DNA of 64,000 nucleotides, taken from contig OZ316899.1 in the NCBI GenBank assembly GCA_973895155.1, forward strand, positions 13,705,934 to 13,769,933. The letters run 5' to 3'. Position 1 is the first letter of the stretch. Each line of letters opens with the position of its first letter. Below the pieces are notes generated by a model. That model was given only the letters and a program-made list of their open reading frames with translations. It did not search any database and was not told the DNA's origin. The translations under genes and the position numbers were made by a program. Positions 22,799 to 36,385 of this stretch are shown here, piece after piece. The stretch is from Marsupella aquatica. Lineage: Eukaryota > Plantae > Marchantiophyta.

Positions 22799-25700
22799 AT
22801 GTCTCTAGAAAAACTTAGCTTCCGAGAATTAGCCATTGACGGATCAAATTATTTAACATGGTCAATGGATATGGAGGCCCACTTAGCCGCTAAATCCCTA
22901 CAAGACTCAATAATCACTGACAATGGGCCCACACTTCAAGAGAAAGCAAAGGCACTCGTTTTCATAAGGCATCACCTAGCTGATGCCTTAAAAACTCAAT
23001 ACCTAAACGAATACAATCCGAGAGTGTTATGGGATGAATTGCAACTCCGGTTTGATCATATGTGGCTAATTTCCCTCCCAGCGGCGAGACACGATTGGAT
23101 AAATTTAAGGGTCCAAGACCACAAGACAGTCGCCGAATACAATAGTGAATTGTTTCGAATCGTATCACAACTCACGGTCTGTGGGCACCCGGTAGACGAT
23201 GTTGAGCAGATCGAGAAGACCCTGTCAACATTTCATGCAGCAAATTTGGTATTAGCCTCCCAATACCGGAACATGGCGTTCACAAGATACTCCCAGCTAA
23301 TTGCACATATGCTATTAGCCGAGAAGCACCAAATATTATTGCTTGAAAACTCAAAGACAAGACCCCCAGGTACTCTCCCGCCCATACCAAAACCTGAAAC
23401 ACAAGATAACAGTCAAAACCAAAGGGGATACAGGGGGAGGGGTACCTTCAGGGGGAGAGGTGGACGTTTTGCAGGTAGAGGCAGAACCCAATTCCAAAGA
23501 GGAAGGGGCGCAGGAAGCACGTATACCCGCCCAAACAACCGGCAACAGTGGCAAAATAGAGAAAATGAATGCGGCAGAGGGAGAGGAAGAACTAACAACA
23601 ACGGCATATCAGATAAGAGAAACAACCCTACTAAATGTTTCCAATGCGGTACACTTGGACATGCCAGAAAAGATTGTAGAGCCCCCTCACATCTAGTTAA
23701 ACTTTACCAGGACAGTATTAACAATTCCCCCAAAGAACCTCAGGGAAACTTCCTTGAATTACCACAAGACCTCACACAATATGTGACTGAACCTGCTTCA
23801 CCTGAAACATACATCACTACCCATGGCAAAAACACCACCTACCTAAAAGACCCAACCATTTGTATACTGGACAGTGGCACATCACATACCATCTTAAAAG
23901 AGAGAAAACACTTCAGTCACATCCCACCCTCATCCCGAACCATCACCACGATCTCTGGCCAGAAACAGATTGAACATGGCCACGGACCAGCTACTGTCAT
24001 ATTCCCGAGAGGGACAGTCATCCACATCGAATCAGCCATATATGCACCCTTAGCCACCAGAAATTTGATCAGTTTCCAAGATATAAGGGCAAATAACCTG
24101 CATATTTATACAAGCATACAAAACAGGAGAGAAGTCCTTCAGATTATAAGAAAACTGAACCTCCAGGATTGTATGTCACAAGAATACAATCACACTATAC
24201 AGAACCTAGCAAGCAGAACATATCCATCACCTGGCATAACCACCTGGAACACCCCGGGACAACCATGTACCATAAAATTATTAAAGACTCAGTGGGTATA
24301 CCGCCAGCGGCAAAAACACCCACACAACAGCAACCCTGCCTAGCATGCTCACAAGGCAAACTTATAACTTGCCCATCAATTACAAAAACGGTATATGCTA
24401 TCCCCAAATTTTTAGAACAACTCAACGCTGATGTCTGTGGCCCTATAGAACCACCTAGTGGCCCCTTTAGGTTCTTCCTAGTCATGATCGACTCATCATC
24501 TAAATGGTCACAGGTGTCCCTACTATCCACAAGAAATCTAGTATTCTCACAAATTCTAGTAAATATACTGAAGCTGAAAACGCAGTTCCCGGACAACCCT
24601 ATACGAATCCTCAGAGTAGACGGAGCAGGAGAATTCACCTCAAATACATTCAATGATTTCTGCCTCACAGCTGGGATAGAAGCCCAATACCCTATCCCAT
24701 ATGTCCACTCACAAAATGGGATGGCAGAATTCGTTATTAAACGATTACAACTTATTGCACGCCCACTATTGATGCAAACCAAATTACCAGCCACGGCATG
24801 GGGACATGCCATCCTTCATGCAGCATCCCTACTACAGTACAGGCCTTCATCCTTCAATTCCCTGTCCCCACATCATCTAGCATACGGCTTGCCACCAGAC
24901 GTTTCCCACCTGAAAACATTCTGATGCCAAGTACTAGTTCCCATCTTGGGACCTAAACGAACCAAGATGGGTCCCCAGCGCCAAATAGGAATTTACGTAG
25001 GCTTTGATTCCCCATCTATTATAAGATTTTTAGAACCTACAACAGGAGATGTCTATAAAGCCAGATTTCAGGATTGCCACTTCTTCGAAAATATTTATCC
25101 AAAACTAACAACCAGAAAGCAAGAAGACTCAGTAATAGTACCTCAGCTAAAATGGGAAACAACATCTCTACTACGCAACGACCGAAGGACAAAACAAGTA
25201 GATGAAGAGGTAAGACGTACCTTACATTTAAACCAGATGTTGCACACATTACCTGACGCATTCAATGATGCTGCTACTGTGACCTGCTCCCACATTGAGG
25301 CTACCAATGTACCAGCACAAATTCAACCTCAACAAACAGAAGCAGTCGATGCCCCACCAAGAACTAAGAGGGGCTGCCCCCTTGGAGCTAAAGATAGTCA
25401 ACCTAGGCAGAAGAGGAATGCCATCCCTACAACTACCACACAGAATATTGACAATACCAGTGAAGAAGCAATAACAATCCCATCACAGGACAACAATGAA
25501 ATCTCCATCCAGTATATGCATACAAGAAAAGTGTGGCAGCCAGCATATACCAAAGTCGATGACCAATTCGCCTTCCTCATTTCACATGAAATTACTAACG
25601 ATACCCCTGATCCACTTACTGTATAGGAAGCCCAGAACAGAGAAGACTGGCCACTGTGGCAGGAGGCAATAAATTCGGAGTTAGATTCGCTCATCAAGAG

Positions 25701-27485
25701 ACATGTATTTGGCCCGATCTCACTTGCCCCACCAGAAAGGAGCCTAACGGGATATAAATTCACCTTTGTGCAAAAAAGGAACCCGAAAGGAGAGGTCATC
25801 AGATGCAAAGCTCGACTGGTGGCGAAAGGATACACCCAGATTTATGGTCGAGACTATAACCTCACGTACTCCCCCGTTATGGACTCAATCACATACCGCT
25901 ATATGATCGCTTTTGCCCTGATTCACAAACTAGTAATGCACCTTATGGATGTAGTCACGGCATACTTGTACGGTATTATGGATACTGAAATATATATGCA
26001 CGGCCCCTCCTGAACTAATTACAAGAGTCAAGTTTCATATTCAGGGGGAGAAAACCCGCAACCAACATCCAGACCTGCAATCAGGCCTTAAGCAGATCAC
26101 GGCCAAGCCAAACAAAGGACCTACTGTCCAGAGCACTCATGGGATACGACCCCAACCTAACCAGCCTACAGCCGGGTTAGAAGCAAGGGAAGCTCCTACC
26201 GAGTCCTTGAAATGGTACCAAACAAATAAGGGAAATCCATCCCCAAAAGACAGTGGACTTCATCCACCCCAACATGTCAATCAACAAAATAAGAAGCAGA
26301 TACCAAAGCCAGCATATGCAGTACAAGTAATGAGATCAATAAACGGCCTCAAACAGAGCGGCCGGATCTGGTATAAACGCTTTCGTGATGAAATGTTGAC
26401 TTTACAGTTTACAAATGCAGACATAGCACCCTGCCTATTTCTTAAACATGTTGGCACAGAGTTTGTGATACTCGCCATCTACGTTGATGACATAAACATT
26501 TTTGGAACTCACAACACAACAGTTGAAACACTCAAAAGAATCTTTGAAATGAAAGATATTGGAGTCCCAAGCTACTGCCTAGGCATCCAGTTTAATCATC
26601 TCAAGAATGGCATCCTCATTAACCAATCTACTTACACAGAAAATTCTTAAGCAGTTCAACATGCAGAATTCATACCCGATGAGCACTCCAATGGACCTGC
26701 GTTCTCTTGACCCAGCATGAGACATGTTTAAGAAACGCCAAGAACATGAACAGGTGCTGGGACCAGAGAAGCCATACCTATCAGCGATTGGAGCCCTACT
26801 GTACCTAGAAAATCAGACACGACCTGATATCAACTTTGCAATAAGCCTTCTAGCAAGTCATGGATCACAACCAACAATCCGACACTGGAATGGCATAAAA
26901 AGAGTGTTCCTCTACTTACAAGGAACTACGGATATGGGACTATACTTCCCCAAGAAGACCAACCCGACCTTGACTGGATATGCCGATGCCGGGTACTTGT
27001 CCGACCCAGATGATGCGAAGTCCCAAACGGGATACGTTTTTCTACAGGGCATAACAGCGATTTCTTGGAAGAGCATGAAGCAATCACTGACAGCTACATC
27101 ATCTAACCATTCAGAAATTATAGCATTGTATGAAGCCACAAGAGAATGCGTGTGGCTCAGAAGCTTAATTGACCACATCAACCAGAACACAGGCAAACCA
27201 CCACTGTCGGAACCGACCATTCTTTACAAAGATAACCGACCCTGTGTGGACCAGATAGCGCAAGGCTTTATTAAAGGGGACAGGATAAAACATATTGCAT
27301 CGAAACTATTCTACACACATGAACAACATGGAGATAAGATCCAAGTCCAATGGATATCCACAAAAGAAAATAGAGCCAACCTATTCACGAAGCCCTTGCC
27401 GCCCGCCCTCCATAAAGCGCATACACTCGGGATAGGAATGCGCCAGTTAAAAGACTTACTACGCCAAGACGCAACACAAAATTAA
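22799..27485 (+). pseudogene. Copia 1 gag-pol polyprotein
   Basis: Zinc knuckle, LDSGTSH protease, DVCGP/RVDGAGEF/QNGMAE integrase, YVDD RT, GYADA RNase H. Confidence 0.95.
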
Positions 27486-27896
27486 GACAAAAGGCGCAAG
27501 CACTTATCTCTTCTCACCAAGACGGACCTGATGACTACACACCATCGCAACCTCGCAACAGCAACGTCCCAACACCGCAGAGTTCCCAGCGACCTTCAAC
27601 TCTGGACTTTGCACCCTAAGAAATCCACCCAAAAGAGAACAACGCCTGACTTCAGAGCGCACGACCTTCAAAGAATACATTGTTCTTTATCGAGAGAAAC
27701 CCTTCACTCTGTGTTGAGACTCCAATGCCAACACAACAACTTCGACACTGCTCAGCCAAAGTTTACGCTTTTGACATAGAGCACCCTTTGTACTCTACAT
27801 TAGACTCACAAATTGTTTTAGATACTTAAACTCTAATTAGTCCTAACTCTCACTCTTAAACCTAGTACCCCTTTAATTAATCCCACATTATGTAAT

Positions 27897-27951
27897 GGTT
27901 GTGGCACTCTTTCCCTTATAGCCAGAAGAAGGGTTTTGATGAGACCAAACC
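27897..27951 (+). other. ENE-like U-rich internal-loop stem-loop, Copia 1 3' UTR
   Basis: CACTCTTT-CCCTT..AAGGG-TTTTGATGAG with paired flanks. Confidence 0.7.
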
Positions 27952-28202
27952 AACAATAGATGGGACCTAATACGGCTTACACTTTACATTAGTGTGGTTG
28001 ATTTTTACATATACACAAATCAACCAAGGGGGAGTGTTATGAGTTAAAGCTAACCCTAGATTTAACCCTAAGTACATAGGTTAAGGAGCGGTTATACAAC
28101 CACCTTCCTATAACTTCACATGTGTATCTAAGATTGATATCATTAGTAAATGTTGGAGGTTGGAGTATCTTCTGGCTATGGTATCCTCCTTGTAACACAG
28201 AT

Positions 28203-29946
28203 CAGTATGAATCAACAACTACAGATTTGAACAATGCAGTAGAGCACCTCTAGCAAAAGCATAAAGCCTAACAAATCAGGCAAACATTACAACTTTGCAA
28301 AAACAGCCAAGGAAAAGAGTTCACCTTCTCTTCCACCTTTCGGGTTTCTTGACAGTCACTTCTCTAGCACGAAGATGTTTCCCCAACGCTTGAATACACA
28401 GGAATCCCCGCAATGACCTCAGTCTGCAATGTCCTTCACTCCGCAATGCCTTGCACAATGCCTGGAAAGACAACATTCCAACCCTTAAGATTTCAAACAC
28501 ACAGAATTGAGCCACATGCACTGTAGAACCCGCTGTAGAAGCAACCTATGCAAATAAACCTGTTCTACATGCGACTGTGCAATCCCAATCCTAGGACAGT
28601 GTTTGGCTCAATAGCTCTAAAACATATTACATGGAGGAAAAATGCAAATGTTCATAGGTTGCTGCAAGAGCTCATGTCAACCTAAGCACGGTAGACCTTA
28701 TAACACATGACAGAATACAACAAACCAACATAGGGAGAATCTAAAAGAATTACCGACCTCAAGTCTGAAGGTTGATCTTCCTAGATTGTGGAGGCTCACC
28801 CCGTTTATCAATCGTCAACCAAGAACTCGTCTGTCACAATGTTCAGACCTCATTAGGATGGTGCAGATTATCTATACTTGGATGGTTTGAACATTAGGTC
28901 TCTTTTAGCATAGAAGCCTTAAGAATCCAAGTAAACACTCCCGGTAAACACTACTGTAACTATTTGGAAAGAGCCAAGGAAAAGAGTTCACCTTCAATCA
29001 CACCTTCGGCCCCTTCCCTCCAATGAACTGAGCCTCAATGCCAAAAAACAGAGAAATCCCTTGGATCACCTCAGTCGGGGCCCCCCAATGCCCGAAACAA
29101 ACAACAATCGGCCCCTACAATCACCGACACCCACAGGATTGAAGTGCTTGCAGAAAAAGAAGCAATCTTTGCAAAACAATTGCTACACATGAAATCCCTC
29201 TCATGGGAGGGGTATGGCACGCATGATAGTAAACAGGAAACAAGTTTACTACCAGCAAAAAGTTACTGTTACCAAGAAAAATAACCATGTCAAAATATTT
29301 TCTAAAATGTCACATTTTCCAAAAAAATATTACATTACAACATTTTTTGGCTAGCTTTGGGCGCTAATATAAATAAATAAAATATTGAAAAAAATTTCAA
29401 AAAAATTTCAAAATAAATTGCCACCCATTTTCCTGTTACCAGTTTCTGTTTGTTGTTACTGTTTGATGTTTCCTGTCGTTTGTAAATACCCCTCATGGGA
29501 AGGTGTGCGGCCAAATAATGGTACAGTGAACATGTTGAATGTAAATGTAAAGGTCAGGGGTGCTCACATATGCTTCCACCTTCTTGTCTTGTCGCCGCTC
29601 TCCCTCCAAATGATGGAACCCGCAATGCCAAGAAGAATACTGAATGGATCCCTAAACCACAGAGAAAAATTCACAATTAACTCTGAGAACTTAAAAATGC
29701 CAAATACATATGGTCACAACATGTCTATGTGCAAAGGTCGGGGGTGCTCACCTTCAATTCCACCTTCTCGCCTTATGAGTGCTCCCCAACGATCGACGTT
29801 GCCCCCGATGCACAAAAGAAAATCGAATCACTGGGATCACAACTGCGGGTCTGCAAAACCTGCCGATGGAAATGAGCCAACTGATATTCACATTCTACTT
29901 CTCAATTTGCGCTCCCCTCCAATCAATGGAGCCCCCAATGCCCCGC
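28203..29946 (-). other. Duplicated, apparently non-coding upstream exon-intron units of the 17725-18123 gene
   Basis: Repeated donors (GAAG|GTGAAC at 28324 and ~28991; GTGAGCACC at ~29568 and ~29750); the 28735-29000 unit matches 18318-18433 joined to 28203-28340. Confidence 0.55.
29209..29492. mobile_element. MITE (Mutator-like?), copy 1
   Basis: GGGGTAT...ATACCCC ends; TSD TCATGGGA (8-9 bp). Confidence 0.85.
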
Positions 29947-31087
29947 CACTAGTAGAAACCGAGGAGTATTTAGACCCCATTAAATGACTATTCACTATTC
30001 AGTACCGTATAGGACTTGGAAACGACTGGGAAGGACTCTAGTCCTTTATAGGACTGCGAGTCGTATGTTTTGTTACTATAATCAACTGAGTCCTTTATAG
30101 AACTAGTTTATAAGTCGTTTAATAGACTGGACTTTCAGTCTATTGTAGTCTTTGTGTGGGTAGCTTTGGTGAGTCATTTTCAGTATTTTATGGGCTGCGA
30201 TGGTGAGTCATTGGGAATGACTAAAAAGGTTATGGAGGGTAGTCTTTAAATATACTTTGTGGGTTTATAAAACGACTAAAGTAGACACTTTGTGGGGTAT
30301 GTATAAGTCTTTCATGTCAACTGGAAATGAGTGATGAAGACCCCACTATACTACTTGGAATGAACTCACTCTTGTGCACAAATAACACATTCCATTCATG
30401 TTTTATTGTGTACTTGGAATGAACTCACTCTATAAGCTCACCATTCACCATGTTAACATTAGAACACATAGAGTTTCAGAAAGCCATCTTCTATACCATG
30501 TACACTAATATGAATTCACAGATTCAAACATCATAGACTACAAAGAAGGTCACAAAGCATTCGTCTATACCATACACACTAATACTGAAATGATACAAAA
30601 CAGATTCAAGTATCATAGACAATCACCATAGAGCCATAATTTGACATCAATCACTTGTTTCATACATACAGAATTCAAAAATATACATGTCACACACAAC
30701 GGCTCCTTCATCCTCTTTACCAAATGGAAAAATTGGTACATGTTAGAATATATTTAACCCTTAGTCCATATGATACAAAGAGGTATGCAATACCTAGATA
30801 TAAAGAGACACAAGACTAGGAGAGGGTAGTTACAACTACCCCAATGTACAACATATAATAAGTCACATTGACTTAAGAGAAATTCAATCATCTTTTGTTG
30901 GTGTATATATATTTCATAATTTAACACGTTATCAGCACATGATTTTGCTCCTCCAACAACTCTCGAGCTACTCATAGGCCTCTTGTGAATTTTTTTTCCT
31001 ATTTCTTGTGAACGAAGCATCGAACGAAATTCCCCAAGACACATTTTCTTTTCTTTCGCCAAGTACACCACAAAATTTTCATCGACT

Positions 31088-34000
31088 ATGACAACATTGG
31101 AGAAGCTCCAATTCCCATTGCTCGCAACAGATGGCGACAATTATTTATCTTGGGCACAAAATACAGAAATTGTTCTCAACATGAAAGGCCTCGGCGACAT
31201 TATCTTAGCAGATATCAATGGCACATTACAACAAAAGGCTCAGGCACTATATATCATTCGCCATCACCTCGCTGCTGAACTTCAACTTGAATACCTTACA
31301 GAGTTTAATCCCCGAGCCCTATGGGACGCTCTCAAATTGAGGTTTGACCATCTGCGTCTAATTTCCCTACCAGCTGCACGAAATGAATGGATTCATTTAC
31401 GAGTTCTAGACTACCCTACAATTGCCAAATTCAATAGCGCCTTATTTCGGATAACTGCTCAGCTAGCAGCCTGCGGCGAACCAATTGATGAAGCAGCAAA
31501 GATCGAAAAGACTCTATCTACATTCTCAGCAGCAAACATGCAGTTATCGCAGATTTATAGACAACGCCATTTCACCCAATTCTCAGATTTGATTGCAGTC
31601 ATGCTCCTGGCTGAAAAGAATGACCTCCTCCTTTTGAAGAACTCTCGCGAGCGACCACCAGGCACGCTTCCTAAACCGGAAATACAATTGACGAATACCA
31701 ATAGAGGTAATTCCTCTTACAACCGACCTCGTGGCCAATTTAAAGGCAATCCAAGTCGTTTTAATAAATTCCACAAGAGACAACAATTTCGCACAGACAA
31801 AGGCAAAAACTTCAAGCCCCCCATGAATTCTTGGTATCGTAACCCCAATCAAATGCCAAATAAACCTGCACAGAGTTATCCCACAAATAATCAGCCCAAG
31901 TGTTTCCGTTGCGGTGGGACAGGGCATATCCAAAAGAATTGCAGAGTTCAAGCTCACCTAGTCAAACTATACCAGGCCTCCCTCACAACATCCAACACCT
32001 TAACAGCCGCACATCACTTGGAGATCGATGACGATCTCTCCAAATACACGCTTACACCTCCCCCATCAGAGGTTCATATAATATCACATGAAGTAAATGA
32101 CACATTTCTCGCCGGTGCTGATATTTGCATTCTTGACAGCGGCACTTCTCACTCAATCCTAAAAGACAAATGTTATTTCCAGCACATATACCCATCAAAT
32201 AGACCTGTGACTACTATCACAGGTATAAACCAATTAGAGGAAGGCCATGGACCTGCCCAACTTACCCTTCCTCAAGGCACAACAATTAAAATTGCATCTG
32301 CCATATATGCCCCACTCGCGACACGGAACTTACTAAGTTTCCATGATGTCCGTCAAAACAATCTCCATATACGCTCTGCACCCGACAACCACATAAACTC
32401 TCTACAGATTTTTCGAGAAACTGATAATGGCCCCATCACACTAGAGACATTACCACTCCATCCCCCCGGCGTTTATGCCACTAAGATCATGTCTTACAAT
32501 TCCCAACGACAACAATTATCCCCAACAGAATTATGGCATGTCCGCCTCGGCCACCCAGGCCCAGGGATGTACCATAAAATTATGAAGAACACCATTGGCA
32601 TACCAAAAGGAGTACACCCATCCACGAAGTTAGACACTTGCATCCCCTGTGCACAAGGCAAATTTATCACTCATCCAGCTTCCACTAAGAACACCTATCA
32701 AATCCCTGACTTCCTCTCACAGATCAATGTGGACGTCTGCGGACCTATTGATCCACCAAGTGGACCATTTAGGTTTTTCCTAGTAATGATATGCTCCTCC
32801 ACCAAATGGTCCTCTGTTTCTTTAATTTCCACAAGAAACCTTGTCTTTGCCAGACTGCTAACACAGCTTATACGTCTTCGCACTCAATTCCCTGACTCTC
32901 CTACCAAAATAATTCGAATTGATAACGCTGGCGAATTTACATCACCAACATTCGATGACTTCTGTCAAGTCCTGGGCATCACAATTCAATACTCAGTACC
33001 ATATGTACATTTCCAGAATGGTACTGCAGAGGCATTAATAAAACGTTTACAGATGATCTCAAGACCTATGCTATTACAGACACAACTCCCACTGACAGCC
33101 TGGGGACATGCTATACTCCATGGCGCTGCACTACTGCGATATAGACCATCGGCTTTTAATATTTACACACCACACCAACTAGCATATGGCTCTATACCAG
33201 ATATTACACACCTGAAAGTGTTTGGCTGCCTTGTTCTAGTACCCATTCTTGGCCCCAAGCACACCAAGATGGGACCACAGCGTCGACGTGGCATCTATGT
33301 TGGCTACGACTCTCCCTCGATAATAAGGTATCTCGAACCCACCACTGCTGATGTGTTTCGAGCTCGATACCAGGACTGTAAATTCTGTGAAGACATCTTC
33401 CCAACACTTCTAACTCCAGCACAACTCTCCAAACAGCCTGTCTCAACACACACATTAGAATGGACAACAAAGGATCCATTCTGGAATGATCCTCGTACTC
33501 AATTGACAAACGATGAAGTGAAACGCATTCTGAATCTCCATCAAATTATGGAGAAAATACCTGACGCATTTAATGATGCTACAAATGTAACGAAATCACA
33601 TATAGATGCAGCCAATACTCCTGCGAGAATTCATATACCAGATACACGAGCCACAGACCTCGCTCCCAAGGCTAAGCGAGGCAGACCTTCAGGTTCCAAA
33701 GACTCTAGACCACGACAGAAGACACCTGTATCAACACATTTATCCTTACAATTACCACCAATTATACAGGATGACAATGAAGAAATATCCATCCACTATA
33801 TGCATACTGGACATTTATGGCATCGAAATTTAACTGAACCAGATGAGCATTTTGCTTTTCTTATATCCCAGGATATAACTAAAGATTTACCAGAACCTCG
33901 GACAATTAAAGAAGCACAACAACGACCAGACTGGCCCAAATGGAACTCTGCTATTAACTCCGAGCTTGATTCTCTGATATCTCGCCAAGTTTTTGGAGAA

Positions 34001-35761
34001 CTCCGAATCGTCCCTGCTGCACAACACCTAACTGGGTATAGGATTATATTGATACGCAAACATAATGCCGCAGGTGAAGTAATCCGCTACAAAGCCAGAC
34101 TTGTGGCTAGAGGCTACACGCAAATATATGGCAAAGATTACGACCTTACTCATTCACCGGTCATGGACTCCATTACCTATCGATATCTGATTGCTTTTGC
34201 CCTCACACATCAAATTCGTATGCATCTTATGGACGTGGTAACTGCTTACCTTTACGGTATACTTGATACTGACATACAAATGCAAGCTCCACCTGAATTA
34301 ATTCAGAGGGTAATTTTCCACATTAAGGGGGAGCATACAACCTCCCCAACCCCGGACCTAAAGTCGGGTATTGATAAGATTGTCCCTACACAGGACTTTA
34401 AGGATCATCTCATTCACTCAGGCCAGATGATACCTGCTGAAATGCATGACTCATCAGCGGTCCAAAATAAAAAGGCCCAGCAAATTGCTAATGGTGAACA
34501 GTCAGCGGATTCACCATTGAATTATACTGACTTACTCGCTGAGGTAAATCCTGTTCACCACAGAATCAATAAAGCCAAGAAACCAGAGAAAGCATTTGCT
34601 GTACAGGTTCTTAGGTCACTCTATGGTTTAAAGCAGAGTGGCCGCATCTGGTATAAACGTTTCCGTGCAGAGATGCTTGCACTTGGTTTCGTGAATGAGG
34701 ACATTGCCCCTTGCCTTTTTATCAAAAGACATGGCACTGAATTTATAATCATAGCCATATATGTCGACGATATTAACCTAATGGGTACTAAACTCATTAT
34801 GGATCAAACCATTACCACACTTAAGAGCATATTCGAAATGAAGGATATTGGCCAACCCCTATTTTGTATTGGCATTCAATTTGAACATTTATCCAACGGT
34901 ATTCTTATTCATCAATCTACATATACCAGAAAACTATTAAAACAATTCAACATGGACAAAAGCTATCCAGTCACGACACCTATGGAAATTTGATCTTCAG
35001 ACACATCCAGAGATATGTATAAGCGCAGGACCAAACACGAACCAATCTTGGGCCCAGAGAAACCTTACCTCTCTGCTATAGGAGCCTTGATGTACCTGGC
35101 GAATCAAACCCGCCCAGACATCTCTTTTGCTGTCCACTTGCTTGCTCGCCACAGCTCCCAACCGACTATTAGACATTGGAATGGCATTAAGAGGATACTG
35201 CGCTACCTTCAAGGTACAATCGATACTGGCCTCTATTACCCTAAAGATGTGCCTAACGAATTAATTGGTTACGCAGATGCAGGTTACCTTACGGACCCTG
35301 ATGATGCGAAATCCCAGACGGGATATGTATTTCTACAAGGACATACAGCCATATCCTGGAAAAGTACCAAGCAAACTTTGACGACCACATCCTCCAACCA
35401 TGCGGAAATCATAGCACTATACGAAGCCAGCCGAGAATGCCTGTGGCTTCGACAACTTATCAATCACATCCAGTCGTCTACAGGCCATGCAATTCTTACC
35501 AAGCCTACTATCATCTACGAGGATAACAAGCCTTGTGTTGACCAGATAGTTAAGGGCTTCATCAAGGGCGACCGAATCAAACATATTGCCCCCAAATTTT
35601 TCCACACGCATGAACAGCACGGGGACCAAATCAATGTTCAATGGATACCTTCTAAAGATAATCGCGCTGACCTTTTTACGAAGCCCTTACCTCGCATTCT
35701 CCACGAAGCGCATTCGACTGGAATAGGACTCCGTAGATTATCGGAGTTCACTGCAATCTGA
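31088..35761 (+). CDS. Copia 2 gag-pol polyprotein with one in-frame TGA (34991-34993)
   Basis: Gag, knuckle, PR, IN, RT and RNase H all in one frame. Confidence 0.95.
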
Positions 35762-35968
35762 CTTCCCCACCTCTTCCATAAACTTCTTATTCCATTGCGA
35801 CTCGACAACACTATGTTTCCCCACGATACTTCCTCTGTTCTATGCATATTCTACTGAACGTATGTTCTCCATACTCGAACACTTCGACACATCCTATCAA
35901 ACACTCGTTTAAATTTAGCCATACATGATTACACTCCTTTCTTACTAGTTTTAACTCATTACATGTAA

Positions 35969-36026
35969 GGTAGTGACACTCTTTTTACCCCAGAAGAAAG
36001 CAGGGGGTTTTTAATGAGGTCATACC
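35969..36026 (+). other. ENE-like stem-loop, Copia 2 3' UTR
   Basis: GGTAGTGAC-ACTCTTTTT-ACCCC..GGGGT-TTTTAATGAG-GTCATACC. Confidence 0.75.
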
Positions 36027-36385
36027 CCAATGAGTTTTTCCATTATATTCAGAACTAGGCTTAAATTTATTTCCAAAATGGCTACTTTAAGAAACATAAA
36101 GTAACCAAGGGGGAGTGTTAGAATATATTTAACCCTTAGTCCATATGATACAAAGAGGTATGCAATACCTAGATATAAAGAGACACAAGACTAGGAGAGG
36201 GTAGTTACAACTACCCCAATGTACAACATATAATAAGTCACATTGACTTAAGAGAAATTCAATCATCTTTTGTTGGTGTATATATATTTCATAATTTAAC
36301 AGTACAGATATTTCTTGGATCTTTCCAAGGCAATGTCAAAATGTAATACAATTCACATGATTCTATCTACACTTGCATTCAGTCA

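Larger units (their letters stand above)
18434..28197 (+). mobile_element. Ty1/Copia element 1 (Bianca-type), complete but degenerate
   Basis: LTRs 18434-18595 and 28035-28197 (TG..CA; 4 substitutions + 1 indel), TSD CAGAT, PBS CGTTATCAACACG at 18596, PPT AAGGGGGAG before 28035. Confidence 0.97.
30741..36301 (+). mobile_element. Ty1/Copia element 2 (Bianca-type), complete and recent
   Basis: Identical 186-bp LTRs (30741-30926, 36116-36301), TSD GTACA, PBS CGTTATCAGCAC, PPT AAGGGGGAG. Confidence 0.98.

Noticed and set aside
34991-34993. Programmed readthrough between RT and RNase H
   Set aside because: Copia 1 has an Arg codon here; a CGA-to-TGA mutation is simpler.
35969-36026. 3' UTR structure as a hammerhead ribozyme
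   Set aside because: Lacks the CUGANGA/GAAA core; the U-rich internal loop fits an ENE better.
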